In this document: piece after piece, positions 33,270 through 46,045 of the stretch | Numbering within the stretch: the stretch's first letter is position 1 | How the letters are laid out: each line of letters begins with the position of its first letter | NCBI GenBank assembly: GCA_030141605.1 | Contig: JAQGDQ010001038.1 | Coordinates: 1-64,000, forward strand | Source of the DNA: Tubiluchus corallicola | Lineage: Eukaryota; Animalia; Priapulida | Direction of reading: 5' to 3' | Length of the DNA stretch: 64,000 bases | Position numbers and translations under genes: made by a program | The notes under the pieces: generated by a model | Database searches by the model: none | The model's input: the letters and a program-made list of their open reading frames with translations, nothing else | What the model was told of the DNA's origin: nothing

Positions 33270-33907
33270 CTGAAAAACTCGTAAAATTATATGCTTTCAT
33301 AACGTCCAAACTAGATTGTTGCAGTAGTTCACTTTTCGGACTCCCTTAACATGAAAATCACAAATTTCAGTTAATTCAAACTCTGCTGCTCGTCTCATTA
33401 CCAAAACTAGAAAATATGATCATTTTACACCTACTCTACGAGAGTTACATTGGTTGCCAATAATGCTCCGAATTCAATTTAAAATTCTTTGTATCGTCTA
33501 CAAAATATTACATGGTTTGGTACCTACATATATTACTGATGTTTTAATACGGCGTAACATAGGCCGAACCCTCTCGTTCTAATGGTAATGAACAAATTAA
33601 TTTGTATCAGCCAATTCCTAATACAGTATTCTGTGGTGAAAAAGCCCTTTCTGTTGGGCTCCATATCTCTGGAATAACTTACTTGCTGCTATACGTCCTG
33701 CAGATTCATTAGATTCTTTTAAACAACATCTTAAAATACATTTGTTTAGATTGTACTTTTTAATTTATGTTGAATTAATTTTAATTTGTTTAACGTCTTT
33801 TAAATTTTGTATCTTATGAATTTTAAATATATTTTATTGTTCAGCGTGCTAAGATTTTAAATGATGTAGTGCGCTATATAAATGAATTTTGCATTACATT
33901 ACATTAT
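33270..33907 (+). mobile_element. L2-clade LINE 3' end
   Basis: SKLDCCSSSLFGLP...FQLIQ/SAARLITKTRKYDHFTPTLRELHWLPIMLRIQFKILCIVYKILHGLVPTY is the canonical L2 C-terminus. It is followed by FKQHLKIHLF and a (CATTA)n tail. Confidence 0.85.
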
Positions 33908-34908
33908 ATAAAAGAAAAAGCTGACACAGTGTGAGTGTAGACGTACTAAGACTAGGCCCGAAAGTGGATTATATGTCGGGCTGTCCTATTATACTGTAAC
34001 TAATGTACGTCTCTAATTTTTATAATGCTTTCTTTAGTATCTTGCTTATATATTTTTTAATTTGTTTCTTTTTCAAATTGTTGCGTCGGTTCGTGTATTC
34101 TGGCATTCATGCTTATTTTCATTACCTTTGAAAAGAATGCAACTCATAAGCAATAGAAGCAGTAGTAAAATTCTTTACTCGCCATTAAAGACATGTAAGA
34201 TTAGTTTGAAAGACCAACCCTTATTAGGTAAATTGAAACCGTGTTGTTGTTAATTTCTTTATAAGCAAGAGTTTCCTTAAACTGAATGCTTTTCACATCC
34301 GTTACTTTCATCCGTTAAGTTTACCAATCAGTTAGAATATCTAAAAGGGTTAAAGTCAACTAATGCCTGAAGTTTTTTTACATAATTTAATAATTATAAA
34401 CCGATTAGTAATATTTCGGTATACATGTGATAAATTATAACTGTAACGACTGTCTTTTTGGATGTTACATTTAGAAGTAAGAATTTTCATTTCAGCGATA
34501 AAAACCATTATAATAAAATGTAGAATACATACTCTCTACTATATAGTATACAGTAAAAATGATTCTTATTTACGATCATGGTCAACGCGTCGGTAGAATG
34601 ACGTCAGTTCCGCTCCTACAATCAAGCGTTCTGCGATTGTAGCGGAAACTCTCGAGTGATAAAGCCTCAGTGCTCCAATGACATGTAGAGGTCGGTCCAC
34701 CACGTTACACCTCTACAAAAAGTCAACATTAAAGTGAAAGAAGGTGACTTTAGAAACTTTTGCGCAATATTAATGTTAATTTTAACGTTGGACATCACAT
34801 GTTCATGTTGTTTAACTTATAAGTATTATCATTACATAGTGCACCGCTTGCACATACATATAAGCCTATAATATAATAAAACAACATTTCTGAAGCCGCT
34901 ACAGAGTT

Positions 34909-37900
34909 ATGTGCGACAAAGTGCTTGTCTTTATAAGCTTGCTAGCGTTACTTGGCAGATGTATATTATCTAACACATGTAGGGACAGCGACAATAATAA
35001 ATGTGACGAGGAAAGTGCGTCACCAAATTTTGTGTTGTTCTTCGCGGACGACCTTGGTTATGGCGATTTGTCTGTGTATGGTCACCCTACTCAAGAGTGG
35101 AACAGAATTGACAAGATGGCTGCTGATGCAGTTAGATTTACTCAATGGTATTCTGGTGACAGTGTGTGCACCCCTAGCCGAGCAGCTCTATTGACAGGTA
35201 TTTTGCAAGAAACTCATGAAATTTACATAAGTGTTAGAGATGAAGCTTATTTGTACATTCATGTTGCATACGAAAATGTTACAATTACATTCACAGTTTC
35301 AAACATTAATTATATTTGGCTAGATTTTGCTTTTGCAAGTAGGGTTATAACAAGTAGACTTAGTTTAATTGTAGAGTTTCAATCGTAATTGCTATTTTTA
35401 GTGTTGCTTTCCTATAATTAGCTTTTAGCTTTATTGCAAGTATAATAACTAGATATTACAAATTTTACTGCAAGTCGTTATATAGACACACGATAATACC
35501 ACCTGACAATCAATTCTGTTACTACGTATAATTTGGAATCTTAATTAATTGCTGATCATTCCGATTCTAATTAATTCACGAACAATGCTAATATATATTT
35601 CAAGAGCACGTTTATCCTATTTCTATGTATATCTTTAACATTCTTATTGCACATGACAGGTACAAGTTCTTGTCAAATTACATGTAACTAACGCGCAATC
35701 ATATTAGATGTTCGGTGGTTTGAGATATATGGCCACGCGTACAGCGCTCATTGTCATCAGCCCTATACGGTATTTAAACAATTTGGTACCTCTGTTTAGC
35801 AAAAGGGTGAATGCACTAGTTTCTGTGAGACGGTCGTATCTGTTTAAAGGCATTTTTAGTGGATGACTATAAACTGCACTTATTTCGGATGGGTTTACTG
35901 CAAGAAGTTCATTATTTTGTACTTTTCTCAACCACTGTACTTTGACAAATTTGTCAGCTTCTTTCTTCTTGTATCTTACAACTTGTTCATCGGCACATAT
36001 ATCCTCAATGTTTTCATTTCGTGCAATTTCAACGCTATTGGCCATTCTTAAGAATGATTTGCCTCGGGAAGCATGCTTTGCTAAAGAATGACCTACAGCT
36101 TCACAATGACTAAGTAAACTGTCCACCCTTAGTACCATTTGTTTAACTAAGTCTTCATCTGAGTGTGATAACATGTTTAAGTCAAATTTACTAGTCACAA
36201 TGTCACAATGTGCATTGGTGGCAACACTATCTAGTTCCATTTGAACAAAGCGCGCCTTTTTCACTTTCATGTACTGCCATCGCATATTGATAGTGTTGTC
36301 GATGTACAAGTCATGTATTGCCAGTTAATAACTGATTTAAAATATTTTCTCTTTCATTATTTTGACTGCTTATGGTACTCAAATGGTGTTTGACTGACTT
36401 GAATATTTTTGCTCCATTACCTGACTTTCTTTCCCAGCCAAAATTGTGACTTTTTCCGGCCAGCATAATTTATGACTTTTTTCCAGTGACTTTATTACCG
36501 GTCACCGAAAAACGGTACTTGTCCAGAGGTCCATATGTATCAGTAGATTTAATAATATTCGATGATGATACAGACGTACTCTATAGCAAGTCCGGGAGCC
36601 CAAGCATAAAACATGGCAAGGAAAATGAGTTCGCTCAGTCTGGTAACCAATTTTTTGAGACTTGGGCTTCCGGACTAAGGCAACCTGATTACAAAACAAG
36701 TTCAATGAATCAGCAATCAGTAGGTCTAGTAATAAAATTTAAAGCAAACAAGCTTTCGCTGAGAATTGGCGAGGACAAAATATTCTGATGGGCAATATTG
36801 CCATGCTATATATACGTTACGCAAGTTGTACAACAAACAAAAGTTTCTGTGAACAATAGAGAACTATTTACAAAAATTTGTCCTGGCAAAATCATTTAAA
36901 ATTTATTGAAAACAAAGCACCAGAAAATCTTTGTAACATTCACTGAATTTGCTATTCACTTCCCAAGTTGGCATTACTGCTATTTATATTTAATTGTTAC
37001 ATCAGTATTTATGTAATACTAATAAATAAAAAATCAGAATTATGTACAAATTTCGAAATGCTCCCCGTTTACTGACCCAACTAACACACTAACATACTAG
37101 TTTCGATGAGCTACAATGATTCTATTTCAATTGCCTCTGGGTGGCCTGCATTAAACTGGGCTTCTTGGTCTCCCCTAAAGCATGTACAAAAGTAATATCC
37201 AAAAAAATTTGTGCGATACATGAATAATACTATGTGTGCGTTATGTTAATAGCACACATAGAAATTACAAGAAAACGGGTATGAATGATCAATAAATGCA
37301 ATTTTTAATTTGTTACAGCTGCTAGTATGATTATTTTTAGGTCGCCTGCCTTTGCGCACAGGACTAGTTGGCCATACCCGCATTCTTGCACCTGGTCACA
37401 ATGTAGGCCTACCTAAAGAAGAAATCACAATAGCTGAAGCTTTGCGGAAAGGCGGATACAACACTGGGATGGTAGGAAAGTGGCACCTAGGTAAAATTCG
37501 ATATCATGTTAGTTTAATGTCAATGTATTCGCTTGCATTTGTTTGGGAAGTAACGCTTTCTTCAATCACACTGGTTTTGGGAACATTTGACTTTATTATC
37601 GTTTCAACAACACAGCGTCTTATTCTAAGTCTCAATGGTTATCCATTTCCCCCATAAGTCTTAACTGTTTCTCTTGGCATTAGAAGAAGAACGTCCCTTA
37701 GTTGTTTTCTTTTTGACCAGTGTACTCAATATAGCCTGCTTTTTCCACTCTAGTTCTTGTTTGTGGCTTAACTTACTTGTGGGCCGTTCAAGTCCTAGTA
37801 AATGTGTAAAACTTTTTCAGATTCTAATTTGCTTTTGCTTTCCTGCACTGATATGATTGATTTCATGCTATGTATTATTTTTACTACTTTCATTTAAAGT

Positions 37901-40376
37901 TTATTTCAGCACATAAAATGCCATATAAAGGTCAAAAATTTACACTAAAGACTAAGTAATACTACGTCATGCACTATTAAAAGCTACGAAAATTGACAAA
38001 AAATTGTAATAAAAGCACATACAGAAATTAGAAATACAAAGCCTCAGTTAAAAAACCAGCGGTTATTACATCAATAAATCATGCCATCTTCTAAATGTTC
38101 TACTATAAAATCACACATCAGTTTGGTGGCATATATAATTTACAATAAAATTTGCTGAACCAGTCATTCATGTCCTTAAATTGTGCGCAACAATACTTTA
38201 AAATGGTTTATATTGTTTTCTGCACATATTGTAGAAGATAGCATATCATAAGCATAACACGTAAAAAAACTTGTGAAGAGCAATATTGTAAGTGGCGTGG
38301 ATCTTCGATTAACTACATGCTTTAAAATTAACCCATAAGTTATAATAACATATTAGATGCAGCGATTAGCAAACGATTCTGGTTATTTATATCTAGATCA
38401 TCTGAAAGATCATTAGAAAGTATATGACCAAGATACTTGTGGTTATTTTTAACATAGATTTCAACACCATCAATAATTAAATAGCTCTGAGCGATATACA
38501 ATACGCTTTAGACTGATTAAAAATCAAGCCATGATTATTAGCGGAGTTTGAACAAACTTTTAAAATACTTTGAAACGCTTGTATAGAGGGAGCTAAAAGA
38601 TGATTTATATTAAGGTTACCCAATCTGCATGTAGCAGATTTTAGGTGAGGTAAGTTGTTGGTCAGAGTCGTCTATATATACAGCAAAAGATAAGCAGACA
38701 ACACGCCTCCTTGACGAACACGTTTGTTATATTAATTGGTTCGGAAACGTGACTACCTCATTTTATTCTGAGGTTTTGAGTGATATACCAACCGTTTAAT
38801 TAATTCAATCACAGACAGGGGGAAGCCCTGGTTTTCTAACTTGTTAATAAGGTGACTAACCCTACTGACATCTATAAAACATGAGTAAACAGGAGAACGT
38901 TTGCGTTGGTAGCTAGAGATTACCTCTTTCAAAGTAATACTACACAAGGCTATTGGTCTGACATTATTACAATCAGTTTTGTTCAGACTTTTGTTCTTAC
39001 TAATTGAGGTGATATAAATGTCACTAATTGTGTTCGGAATACATGTACGTGCATGGCTAAAAATCGCCGTGAATAACATAGCTAAGTATATTTTCTTATG
39101 TATTCTTGGGCTGGCATATATTTGATGTTTTCAGTGAATATATTGTCCGGCTCAAACGGTTTATGATTTTTTAATGACGGAATAGCCGCTTGAATGTCAT
39201 TAATGGAAATGCTGTACGAGTAGAGAACAGTCGAAGGGGGACAGGTGTAATGGGACACACTACTGTTCGGAGTGGAATTTAGGAGCTCATGGTAGTGTGT
39301 CCTATTGATGAAGCGCAGGCTTTGAATACCCGCGCGTGACCTCTAGTGGCTCATAGTGTCACTTTCTGGGTTTTAAAGGTGTAAGTACTATATTGTGTAA
39401 TGGCTAGCTGTCTGGGAACCAGGAAGTGTTGGGTTCGAGTCCCAGTAACCAATGCAAAATTTTTCAGGCTTTCTTATTTGTATTGATTTTATGCGCTTAT
39501 GATTGCATGTTGTAGTTGGACGTATTCAGTTTTTCGTATTTGTAACAGATTAAATTGTTGTAATGGAGCTAATTTCGTTGTTCATCCCTGGACAGTTACA
39601 AATCATTTCACAATTTTGTTTCCATTTTTCCAGGTATTAACGAGTTCAACAAGACCGATGGAAACCATCTTCCGTACCATCATGGTTTTGATTGGGTGGC
39701 AACAATAAATCCTCTTTCGCAAAGCTTTCACTGTGGCACAGTATGTACAATCACAGACTCTAAAATCAATCCTAAATTCTTATCGACTTAATCAGCTAGC
39801 ATAATGAAGTTAAAATTCCTTTAACTGTTTAGTTTTTGCTAATTATTTCTACAATTCGAAGTTCGCCATTCAAACGGTTCGCCTTGTAAAACCGAATAAT
39901 TGTGGCGAGGCCGAAACCCAGCTCGTTGTCCAGGCTATATGCCTCTAAGATGAGTCACTAAACTGGCTGAGGTATCTTAGCCATTAACTAATCTTGTTCG
40001 GCTTTATCCCCCTCTTTCACGCCTTTTTCAGGTGTAAAATCTTTCAGACTTTTTAAGTTGGCATTTCTTTCATGTGTTTATATGATTGATTTCACACTAT
40101 GTCTCTATACCTTATAGTAATTGGTCTATATAATGATAATCTTTATTCAAAGTCGGCTTTTGGATGAACAGTTAACGTAAGCTCAAAGAGCTTTTTGCCG
40201 ACTGTAAATAACAAATCTACAACTACATAACAGAGACTATTATTATCCCACTTTTACCCTGAATACCACCCGGCAAGCGGCTAAACAGGAGTTACCATTT
40301 TTAAAGATACCTCTTGTCAGGCTATATGGCCCTGCCGCTATATCGAACTCACCCAGACGGAAAGTGGGTGCGTTAC

Positions 40377-40430
<54 letters not shown>

Positions 40431-40439
40431 TGCGTGCGC

Positions 40440-40511
<72 letters not shown>

Positions 40512-43500
40512 CAAAGCAGTTCACCAATCCATTAACTAATCAGACTCGGTCAAATCCTTACCTAATGTGTTGCCGTAACCACTCAGACATAGCGCCTCTC
40601 CTGGCATAATGTTGTCTCTTGCCATGTACATTAACTTACATGTTATAATTCTATTTGAATGATGTTTTTTTTGAATGTCAAAAACGTAAATTCAAGTTTC
40701 TGGACTTAAATACTTATGTAACATTCTTTTATTTTATTTTAATAAGAGAAGATATAATACCAATCTTGTGCATAGCTGCCTTAACTAAGAAATTACTTCA
40801 TTTAATTGCTAGGCTGCAAATCTGCGATGATTATTTTAAGCAACTTGAGATTATCAACTAACTATAAAATAACAACGAACCATATAAAATAAAAATCGTA
40901 ATAGGATACGATACGTACTGAATTCTCAAATTATTGGCGATTTCAGCGACATGAAGAGGTACCATCTAGTGATTGCTTCCTGTACTTCAACGATTCTCTT
41001 ATACAACAACCGATAAATTTAGAAACGATGGCCATTCGTATGCTTGACGATGCTAAACGTTTTATTAGAACCCAAGCTGAGAATTCTCATCCTTTCTTTC
41101 TGTATTATCCCCTAACTCACACACACGCTGACCTTACAGTGAGCAAACGTTTTCAGGGATCCTCCAAACGAGGTAGGTTGGTTTACGTGTTCGGTGAATG
41201 TTCCATATCCAACTCAAAGAAAATAGCTATTACAGCGTCATGCCATAGCATTGTCATTTGTAGCACTGACGTTTGCACTTTGCAGCTGCTTTAGGAAGTA
41301 TATTATTTACTAAAATTTTCACAAACTCAACGGTTCAAAAATCGTATCTTTAGGATGTTATCTATACTGTCACTACTGCCATCACTACTTGCTTTGAACA
41401 CTTTAAAGAATCTGTTCTATCTGGTTGCTGATGTTCAATGTTTAGGAATTTATGGAGATAATATACAAGAAATGGGTTGGATTGTTGGAGAAATACTCGA
41501 TCTATTAGAAGAGCTAAATATTCACGAGAATACGCTTTCTTTATTTGTTTCTGACAATGGCCCATGGACAATGAGTTGCCGGGAAGGTGGATCTGCAGGA
41601 CCACTGAAAGGTTAGTGTGTGCTTTGGTATTTGCTGTTAGCTTACATCCCTAGTAACAAGGCCCCGATTGTTCAAGGTGGAATTTCTGGAACTCACGTGG
41701 GGTGGCAACGTTAAACTCGTACGGCCAAACCATTTGTAATTAAAGTAGCAATAAGAGAAATATTGTTTTGGGCCAGTTTTGCTTTCAAATTTTCATTCAC
41801 CCAAAAGTGCAGAATATGAGGCTTGTATGTTATATCAAAGTCACATTGCAACAACAAGGAACACAGAATATGAGGCCTGTATGTTATTTCAAAGTCACAT
41901 TGCAACAACCAGGAACAGAATATGAGGCCTGTTTGTTATTTCAAAGTCACATAGCAACAACCAAGAACAGAATATGAGGACTGTTTGTTATTTCAAAGTC
42001 ACATTGCAACAACCAAGAACAGAATATGAGGCCTGTTTGTTATTTCAAAGTCACATTGCAACAACCAGGAACAGAATATGAGGGCTGAATGTTACTTCAA
42101 AGTCACGTTACAACAAAAACATCTTTGTAAAACAAGATGTAATGATCTCACCTGAATGAAATTCATGCACTCTGCTTTCGGATTGGCTAAAATTTCAATA
42201 CTTACATCTAGGCCTTATCTATGCAAAATCTATATGTGCTATATTTTGAATTATCGAGTTAAGTGATTTGCTGCATGGTGATGATTTGAATACTAAGCAG
42301 AACAAGCCTGCTCTGATCCTCCCAGTACTTTTCGTCGAATAGTTTTAAGCGTTGTTACCAGGGTTTGGTAAACGCTCAAGGGGAGCACTAAGTTTTGTGT
42401 TTAGCCAGTTACCTGTTGATTTCAATCAGTTTCAAACATAAAGCATCGTTTACACTTTCAAGACATAAACGAGTTAATACCGAGTCAGGTCTTATGCTGG
42501 TCTTTTAACGCAGACGAATGTCTCCATAATGTTTTCGTTTGTGGTCTTTTTGACAGGATCTTTTGACTCAAGAATCGGGATTGCTCCCCCAAAAGTGGCA
42601 CTGGTACAAACCGTCTTGGGATTATTACAACTGCTCTGGCGGCAAGAACTCGGCGGCAGAACAATACTTTGAGTGTAAATAAGAGTGTCAAAAGTACCCC
42701 AAAGTAATTATGCATAATAAGCGTGATGAACACATTAGCAGATTTTATCCTAATAATACTATAAAACATTCCTTCAGATAGTTCTTAAACTTTCTAGAGT
42801 CCAGAAATGTTAATTTAAACAAAGGCATAGTATTTGCTCCACCTTGGAAGTTTCATGATCCTGAATCACTTTAACTAAGGAAGCTCTTCAAGCTCTTCTA
42901 TGCGTAAATAAATGATCGCATAAATAAAGCATATGAAGGCATTAATAAATAAATAGGAAGATAAATAAATAATACCCAACTTTCATATTCGTCATTTTTA
43001 TTTTTAGCATTTCATAAAAATTAGGTACCAAATCGGTTACAAATCTTTCGGGAACCTCATGCCGCCCATCTTACTTTGCGAATCCTAGTTTCCATGCTGT
43101 AGCTATTTTGAAAGGTTTTGACCGCCTGTATTGCAGCTCAACAATGGCTAATGATTTAAAGAAAGCTTAATGCACCAGTAAGTGGTTAGCAGCTAACAAT
43201 TGTTGAAGATGTTAATAATACCTGATCTATAAACCCGAAATTATTTTGAGCTTTTCAGCTCTTACCATTCACAGGACGACTACCAGATCCAAGGAGTAAC
43301 ACTTCATTTCACAGATTTGCCCGGGGACTTGTACAGATGTCAAAAGACCACTTGGGTCTGGATGGGTGATTTACTGTTTACTCACCACCTGATGCCACAC
43401 TACGTCTTCTTTTAATCACACTTGAAAACACCTTTGTCGGGTCATCGTCTCAACGCCGTGCTCCTTTCAATTTTGCTGCAGAACAAGGATACAAAAAGAT

Positions 43501-45298
43501 AGGACAAACGATGAATTGTTTATCAGATTTGTGTAACTAAATTTCTTCCCTGTATTTGCTGAATACATTCGTTGTTAGATCTATGTCTGATGCTCGCTTC
43601 TCCCATTCCCTTTCACTCATTTTTTCTACCTGATCTTATTTTCTATTAGTGTCAAGAAACTTCTCCTTCACTTGGAACTTTGCTGGTCTTTCTTAGTAGT
43701 TCTCAAAAAAGATGTGTTGCAAATTTTGTGAAATCACACGTCTACTGCAAAAATGTCAAACGACTATCCAAGTAGAATTGGATCAGTCTTCTTGACACTA
43801 GTCACCGGGAATATTTTTTCCTCCATCAAAGCTGTAGGTGTAATTTAAGCAAAGCTTAAAACGTGTCTATTTTTACTAGGTGAAAAAGGCACTTCCTGGG
43901 AGGGCGGATATAGAGTTCCTGCAATAGCACACTGGCCTGGAAAGATACCTGCTGGCAAAGTTTCAACAGCAGTGGTCACTACTATGGACATTTTCCCCAC
44001 ATTGCTGGAAATTGCTGAAATTTCTCAGTCAAAAGGAGTTTATATGGATGGTAGGTTTACACTGTTTAACGCTGTAAATAACTTAATATGCACTAGGATT
44101 TTCAGTCTCTGTGACTCGACCTGTTATTACTGTGTAAAAACTGAGATGATTCTTTTAGAAAAGTAACCATTGTGTTAACATCACAGCCAAGATTATCGTG
44201 ATGTTATGTGTACACGTATTAAATGCTACAACTTGGCATATTCCTAATCACTTGATATTTTCTTACCTTCCGTAGCATTTCTCGTGGCACAAGCAAAAAT
44301 AGACCAGAGCTCACAGTTTTTATTAGAAAAGTGATCATACTTATTTTGCTGATGACTAGAACTATTTTACGCATCTAGCACACACCATCATTCAATTCAT
44401 TCGACAGTCGCTCGGCTGGATCAGCGCCGTGACGTAACTGTTGAGATGCCAAAGTTTCAATAAGTTCTAAACAAACTGATGAGTTGTTAAACAATCTGAC
44501 CTCAGTGACATTATTTAAAAAAAGACAGTCTTCTCATGCTAAACTGCACTTGGAAAATATCTTTCTTTACATAGATCAGATTTTTTTTACCGATCCAAAT
44601 CTAAAAAAAAATCTGCAACCGTGTGGTATCATTTCATATTTGTAGTACTTAATGAAAGTCACTAACCAAAGCTTAAAGTTAATGATTCGTCTCGTCAGAA
44701 TGTAATCACAACTGTGACCAACTCACTTTATTTTACATTTTCTGTGAAATTTTATAAGTGCAGACTTTTACCGGTAACGTGGTACTACATTTTATTTTCA
44801 GGAAATTCTATAAAAGATATTCTTCTTAATGATGTTGTCGAATCACCACATGCTCTCATTTACTACTATTGTAGGGGCAAGTTGTTTGCTGTTCGTTACA
44901 AAGACTACAAAATACATTTTTACACCACGCCCCCAAGATTTGAACATGCAGGTTGTCCAGCAGGGTTGATAAATGCAAATTTATTTAGACGGTTAATAGT
45001 ATCTGGCGACTCGCGTTACCAATATTTATTTTGTGAAGGACCTGACGTTAAAAAACAAGATCCACCACTTATATTTAACATTGCCGAGGATATTTCAGAG
45101 CAGTGGCCATTAGACATTGACGACTTGCCCAACGATGATAAAGATCTACTGATTGTTGTTAAGAGGAAAGTTGCTGAGCATAAGCAAACGCTCCAAGTTG
45201 AAGTTCGAAACCCACTGTTAATGGAATGGAAAGACTATCGGAAGAAAGAGTATGCTCCATGCCATGACCCACCACATTGCAGGCTAAACTACCCTTAG
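34909..45298 (+). CDS. Arylsulfatase (formylglycine-dependent S1 sulfatase, sea-urchin Ars-like), 7 exons, 534 aa
   Basis: Exons 34909-35197, 37341-37490, 39634-39740, 40947-41172, 41446-41610, 43880-44050 and 44802-45298 are GT-AG, phase-consistent and total 1605 nt. Motifs: signal peptide, [26 protein letters not shown] (FGly motif), [31 protein letters not shown]. Confidence 0.93.
35690..36800 (-). mobile_element. Decayed non-LTR retrotransposon fragment in arylsulfatase intron 1
   Basis: The 201-aa ORF 35704-36309 frameshifts into [20 protein letters not shown], the same knuckle type as at 12900. More disrupted coding-like sequence lies upstream. Confidence 0.55.
38050..39250 (-). mobile_element. 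Decayed LINE reverse transcriptase in arylsulfatase intron 2
   Basis: [39 protein letters not shown] and [18 protein letters not shown] appear in the expected RT order, with stops and frameshifts. Confidence 0.8.
39391..39460 (+). mobile_element. tRNA-like SINE head fragment
   Basis: A-box-like TTGTGTAATGG and B-box GGGTTCGAGTCCC; does not fold into a complete tRNA. Confidence 0.45.
40131..40383 (-). mobile_element. Second copy of the tRNA-derived SINE seen at 31595-31864
   Basis: The reverse complement matches copy 1 along its length (AAAGCCGACTTT, TAATAGTCTCTGTTATGTAGTTGTAG, GGGTAAAAGTGGG, GAGTTCGA). Confidence 0.8.
40383..40508. repeat. (TG)n/(TGCG)n microsatellite
   Basis: Read directly from the sequence. 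Confidence 0.97.
41811..42116. repeat. 52-bp minisatellite, ~6 copies, in arylsulfatase intron 5
   Basis: Unit AGAATATGAGGCCTGTTTGTTATTTCAAAGTCACATTGCAACAACCAGGAAC starts at 41811, 41865, 41917, 41969, 42021 and 42073. Confidence 0.93.
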
Positions 45299-45524
45299 TT
45301 TTTTGCAAATCTATGATTAGATTAGATGAGATTAGGTGCTTTGGCATTATAATCTGTGCATAATCATGTTATCGATACTTATTGTAATGATATGGTTAAC
45401 ATGTGTTTAGCTGATGCCTCATAATTTTCTCTTAATGTTAAAGAGACCGGTGTCATTCCAGTGTGAAATGATATTGCTGAGCCAATTAACAAAGAAGAAT
45501 GGATCCCAAGAATGGAATTTAATC

Positions 45525-46045
45525 CTTATTTTTAATATTAATATATTGTCTGTGAATTTTAATAAATCAATTTTGAACATTCATAGTCCATTTTTTATTA
45601 TTAATAAATCAATTTTGTATATTCATTTTTAAAAATAAAAAGCGCCTTATAAATTATTAGTATTAAAAATGAATTATGAATATACGAAACTAATTTATTA
45701 AAATTGATTTTTGAATATTCAAAAGTGATTCATTAATATTGAAAAATGAAGTTTAATGTTCAAAATTTGCTCTAAATTTTTGATATTAATAAATCAATTG
45801 CGAATATTCATGTGGAACACCAAAGAGGAATCTAGAATTCCTTTTAATATTAATAAACATAAATATGAATATTTATAATTCATTTTTAATAATAATACAT
45901 CCTGTATTAAAAAATGAATTTATGAGTATTTGATGTTTTCAAAATTTGCGCTAATTTTTTCAATGTTCATAAATCATTTATGAATGTTTATAATTTATTT
46001 TTTAATAGTAACAAATCAATTTTGAATATTGATAATCTATTTGTT
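45525..46045. repeat. Very AT-rich array of TAATAAATCAATTTTGAATATT-like subrepeats in both orientations
   Basis: The motif recurs at ~45560, 45602, 45787 and 46010, with reverse-oriented variants at ~45660-45760. Confidence 0.55.

Noticed and set aside
41811-42116. CRISPR-like appearance of the regular repeat
   Set aside because: Units are contiguous with no unique spacers, there are no cas genes, and the context is a eukaryotic intron.
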